In this document: positions 59,687 through 64,000 of the stretch, piece after piece
Position numbering within the stretch: position 1 is the first letter of the stretch
Layout of the letters: each line of letters starts with the position of its first letter
Assembly (NCBI RefSeq): GCF_030684315.1
Contig: NC_081388.1
Span: 23,295,015 to 23,359,014 of the forward strand
Direction: 5' to 3'
DNA: 64,000 nt
Source: Stegostoma tigrinum
Taxonomy: Eukaryota
Made by a program: the position numbers and the translations under genes
The notes under the pieces: model-generated
Told to the model about the DNA's origin: nothing
Seen by the model: only the letters and a program-made list of their open reading frames with translations
Database searches by the model: none

Positions 59687-62408
59687 ATACAAGCAATAAT
59701 CTTTCAAAATGAAAATTGAAATAATGTTTCAATCTCACCTGGAATTGAGGTCAATGCTTAACAATTTTAGAATTACCAACCTTCCTCAAAAAGGTTGTAA
59801 GGACTGAACTAGCAATGACAGATCAATCAGTTTAACTTCAGCAATGGGGAAACATCTAGAAACAATTATTCACACAAAAATTAATCATTACATGGCAAAA
59901 ATGTAGTTTCAGAAAAGTGCATGGATTTATTTTGGGAAAGTTGTTTCTAGCTAACTTGGAGTTGTTTAAAGACTCTAACAGAAACAGTTGATGAGGATAA
60001 GGCTGCTGATGTGGTGTACAGGCTTCCAAAAGCTGTTTGATACTGTCCCACACAACAAGATGTTTGAGGAAAGTGATAGGTCATAGAATGAAAGGGACTA
60101 TACCTATGTGGATACAAAATTGACTCAGTGATAGGAAATAGAGAGTAACCGTCAATGAATACTTTTTGGACTGGAAGAAGACACGTCTCAAAATTCCACA
60201 AAGGTTGGTATGATGACTCTTACTGTTACGAATATAGATGGTCCAGATCTTGTTGTGCAGGAGACAATTCCAAAATTAGCTAATGACAGAAAATGTGGAA
60301 GCATTGTAAACTGTGAGGAGGACAATGTTCTGGTCATTTACAAGGGGTAGAGTGGGCTGGTAGGTTACAGCGGCAGTGGCACATTGCTATACAGTTAGCA
60401 GGGAGTTGTCCTGGGAGGCTTCAACAGTGACCCTGGACCCCACAACGTGACATGACATGAGGCCAAACATGGACAAGGAAACCTCCTGGTGTTTACCATG
60501 AACCATACCCCCTCCCCTGCCGATCTGAATTTGTACTCCTCCATGTTGAACATCATTTAGAGGAAACACTGAGGGTGGCCAATACAGAATGTACTCTGGG
60601 TGGGAGACTTCAATGTCCATTGATAAGAATGACTTAGCAGCACCACCGACTGAGCTGGTCGAGTACTGAAGGATATTGCTGCTAGACTGGGTCGGCGGCA
60701 AATCAAGAGAGAACCAACAACAGGGACAAGCAAAGGTGACCTCATCCGCAACAATTTGCCAGCTGCACATGTATTCAGCCAGGACAGTATGAGTAGAAGT
60801 AACCATCACACAGTCCTTGTGGAGCCAAAACCCAGCTTTCACATTGAGGATACCCTTTATAGAGTTGTACGGGTCCATCACTGTGCTAAGTGGGTTAGAC
60901 TTTGAACAGATCTAGTAACTCAAGATCGAGCTTTCAGGAGGTGCTGTGAGCCATCAGCTACAGCTGAGCTGTACTCAGCCACAATCTACAACCTCATTGC
61001 CTTTCTGCCATCCTTCCCATGACCCTCAAACCTGTGTATCAACTCTGGTTCAATGAACAGTGCACAACAGCGTGCTGGGAGCAGCACCAGGCATACCTTA
61101 AAATGAGGTAGCAACTTCATGAAGCTATAAAACAGGACTACTTGCATGCAGCAAGTCACAGACAGGACAAAGAGATCCACAACGAATGGATCAGATCTAA
61201 TCTCTGTAGTCCTGTCATAATCAGCTGTGATTGGTGCTGGACAGTTAAAATAACTCCCGCAAGGAGGAGGAGGCTCCATAAAGATTCCAATCATTAATGA
61301 TGTCAAAGCACAGTACATCAGTACAGAAACTAAACACAGAGAATGCTGAAGGAACTCAGCAGGTCTGTCAGCAACTGTGGAGAGACAGAGACAGAGTTAA
61401 ATGCTTGGCTTGCTGCCTTCATCCAGCTCCACACTTTGTTATCTGAGACAGAGTTAATGCCTGAATCCTGTATGACTCTTCTTCACTTGAGACTGAATTG
61501 TTGGCTGTTTTCAAGGAGTTAGATATACTTTTTAGGGCTAAAGGTTTTGGGTGAAAATGGGAACAACTTCCTTTGTTGGACTATTAGTAATGGTGGAATT
61601 GAGTGGAAGAGCAGTCTGAAGGGCTGAATGGCGTACTCCTGCTCCCATTTTCCATATTTCTGTGTTTCTCTGACCTTCTCTTTCAGGTTCTTTCACTTCT
61701 ACACAGAAAGTATATGATGATTATTTTGCAAATTACATCATCTCCGACTTAACCGGTTAAAATCAACAACTTACAGCAAGTGAAAATACGCGATTGTTTT
61801 CAGCTTCAGGTGTTTTACTGCCGGGAGAGAGAGCAAGAGAGACACTATTTGGTTCGGAGCAAATTACAGCAGATGCTTGGATCTGCAGAGAAGACAAAAA
61901 ATGCTGGAAATTACAGCAGTTTAGCATCCACGGCGAGAGAGCAAGCTAACGTTCCGAGTCTAGATGACTCTTCATCAGAGCTGACGTGAAATGTGATGGG
62001 GCAGCATTTATGCAATAGAGGACTTGGGGAGTCGGGTGCAGTGCTTTGGGAGAGAGGTTTCAAATGCTGCACATCAGAATGTGACTATAGCTGTTTTGAC
62101 TGCGTTTAATGTTGTCTACCTGCAAGATCATATGGCCATATGGCAATGGTCATATTGCGGCAACAAGCAATGATGAATGAAACAGTATGTTCCAGCATTG
62201 TGCTGGGTACTTGTCATCTTGGAATCAAACTATTAAAGCAATCAGTTTGAAAAATCAATGCAGTTCTGAGCTGTCAAGTTTGGTTTTGCACATTCTCTGT
62301 AGGACATTTACAATTGCACCATGAACCGATGAGAAAGCTGCATGTTTGCATCCTTATCCAGGATGAGTAATGTTCACCATCACATTTTGTACTAAGGATA
62401 GGAAGAGC

Positions 62409-63143
62409 GAAGGAATTTACTTTTGGAATTTCTCCATATTATTGCCTAAAATTAACCTCTTTGTAATATCCCGGGAAGGGGGTGGGTCTTGATGTAGTGG
62501 AATTGCTCGACAGGCCCGGAAGCACACTTACAGTTTCTGATTCCAGCCCAGAGCAGTGATGAGCCTTTTGTTTAAATTCTACAAACATGGATTTTAGGAG
62601 GAAATCTCTGCTTGGATGTCTTTACTTCTCCGTGTTAATGTTCAGAATAACAGGTGAGTTATTGTGAACAAAGTAAATTCCTTTTTCTGTTTTGTTCAGT
62701 GTGTGTCCAGACCTGGTACTCCTGGGGGCTTTCCGCTTTGCTGATAATTTAGTTGAACATTTGGGGCACTTTATTTTGGAGACGCTACTGATGGGTTGTG
62801 GCGAAGGTAGGGAACAAAGAACTACAAAGTCCCGCTCCGTTTAACTTGTGCTGAAACGTCAAGTGCGGTCGTGTTGCCTGGTACGAATGGGACCAGCGCT
62901 TCAGCGTCAAACTCTGAGAGTCGTGGCCAATTCTCTGTCCCATGTCGAGTGAAGGACAAGCGAGAGGTTGGGGCAGCAGTGCGGGTGATGGTCCTTCGCA
63001 GTGGGGAGCCATCCCAGGCAATTTTCCTGAAATGATGCTTCTTCCTATCCCCAGCTCTGGTGTAAAAGATAAAACAGAAAATGCTGGAGAAACTCAGCAG
63101 TGTTAGCAGCAACGATGCATCGAGAAACCGAGTTGACAGTCTA
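62409..63143 (+). repeat. Inverted duplicate (~735 bp, ~98%) of 45327-46060: promoter, exon 1 and most of intron 1
   Basis: Direct reverse-complement comparison; mirrored ORFs 45356..45646/62822..63112 and 45447..45683/62785..63021. Confidence 0.92.
62587..62653 (+). CDS. Copy C: inverted duplicate of signal-peptide exon 1 (possible first exon of a plus-strand paralog running out of the window)
   Basis: Sequence identical to 45815-45881 in reverse orientation, with donor GTGAGT intact; no D1 exon found before the window end. Confidence 0.6.
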
Positions 63144-63859
63144 GTGTGACGACTTTAGAAGTGAAAAGTTGGGAAAAGAGGTGCGCTTTTAACATCAGCA
63201 TGTTGAATTTGTTACAACGCACGTCCAGTCAAGTGGGACTTGAATGCCTGGTCCAGATGTAGGGACACTATCATAGGGACTCTGGTAGCGCCTTTAAGTG
63301 TCCTACTCATGGACCAAGAGTCTTGGGTTCAAGTCCCACCTGATCCAGCGCTGTGTAGTAACATCTCTGAACAGGGTGGGTTAGGAAATGTCTAAAAGTG
63401 ACACATTCCTGGTGAAAGGGTCTGTACCACAGACACTCCAGATCCTGAAGTGGTGAACTTTGTCTCGCAGAGGGGGTTCCGGGCCGGGGCCTGTGAACAG
63501 ATGATACAGGTGGCCCAAGTAAAGGCAAGGGGAATTTAATGGCTTGTGGAAAATTGGGCAATCTGTATGGATGGAACATTACTGATTAAACATGGTATTC
63601 CTCATGCAGAGCCCTGGCCTTTCAACAGGAGGGCAGAGCCTGATGTCCTGTCCTCCCAATTTCTAGTTCTTAATTTTACTGATGAAACGGTGAGGGTAGT
63701 GCTCTCTTGCAGAATGTTCAGGTGGCGTTCTCTCAGACAGCGGATCGGCAAACAAAGACATAGCTGATACTGAGACAGTGATAAATGGTAGAAAGTGTGC
63801 CAAGAAGAAGTGTGAATAATTAAAAATGGGTTGGCTGTGCAAGAAGTAACCCAGGCACT

Positions 63860-64000
63860 GCAGGACTTCGGGGATGGGGGCGGGGTAACCAACATGGAAG
63901 ACCGTGAAATAGTTGAAGTCAATGCTTTTTCCTGATGGCTGTAAGCTACCTGGGAGAATGATGAGATGTTGCTCCTCCAACTTGCATTGAGCCTGAGCCA
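63860..64000 (-). mobile_element. Old Penelope-like GIY-YIG C-terminal remnant
   Basis: LEEQHLIILPGSLQPSGKSIDF resembles LQEQQLIFRLGTLQPNGINVDF of the young family. Confidence 0.55.

Larger units (their letters stand above)
54257..62400 (-). pseudogene. Paralog B: partial direct duplicate of gene A (3' flank, dead TM exon, two Ig exons, intron remnants)
   Basis: Colinear homology with 21873-23743, 28612-31990 and 42650-42955. D3 and D4 exons are absent, and the segment is cut off at ~62400 by an inverted promoter copy. Confidence 0.8.

Overview
Eukaryotic genomic DNA, almost certainly a cartilaginous fish (shark). This rests on HE1-type V-SINE, SacSINE1-like DeuSINE, abundant CR1/HER1-type LINEs and Penelope-like elements; the species cannot be fixed from sequence alone. 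The window holds a tandem cluster of ICAM/VCAM-family immunoglobulin-superfamily adhesion genes. Gene A is apparently intact (minus strand, 7 exons, 45881->22972, 574 aa: signal peptide, 5 Ig domains, TM, GxYxL tail). A splice-dead pseudogene lies at 4.3-5.5 kb. A broken paralog B (54.3-62.4 kb) keeps an extra Ig exon that gene A lacks. An inverted ~98% identical copy of gene A's promoter and exon 1 sits at 62.4-63.1 kb. The paralogs show patchy near-identity consistent with gene conversion. The most striking non-genic signal is a young Penelope-like (GIY-YIG) retroelement family carrying a minimal hammerhead ribozyme motif. It has repeatedly integrated as fold-back palindromes of 0.2-1.6 kb with 10-16 bp target-site duplications and a stereotyped asymmetry between its two ends, including inside the introns of gene A. 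Two decayed Gypsy elements (one Gmr1-type with PR-INT-RT order), a solo LTR and many CR1, other LINE and SINE fragments fill the rest. Percent identities are estimates from reading by eye.
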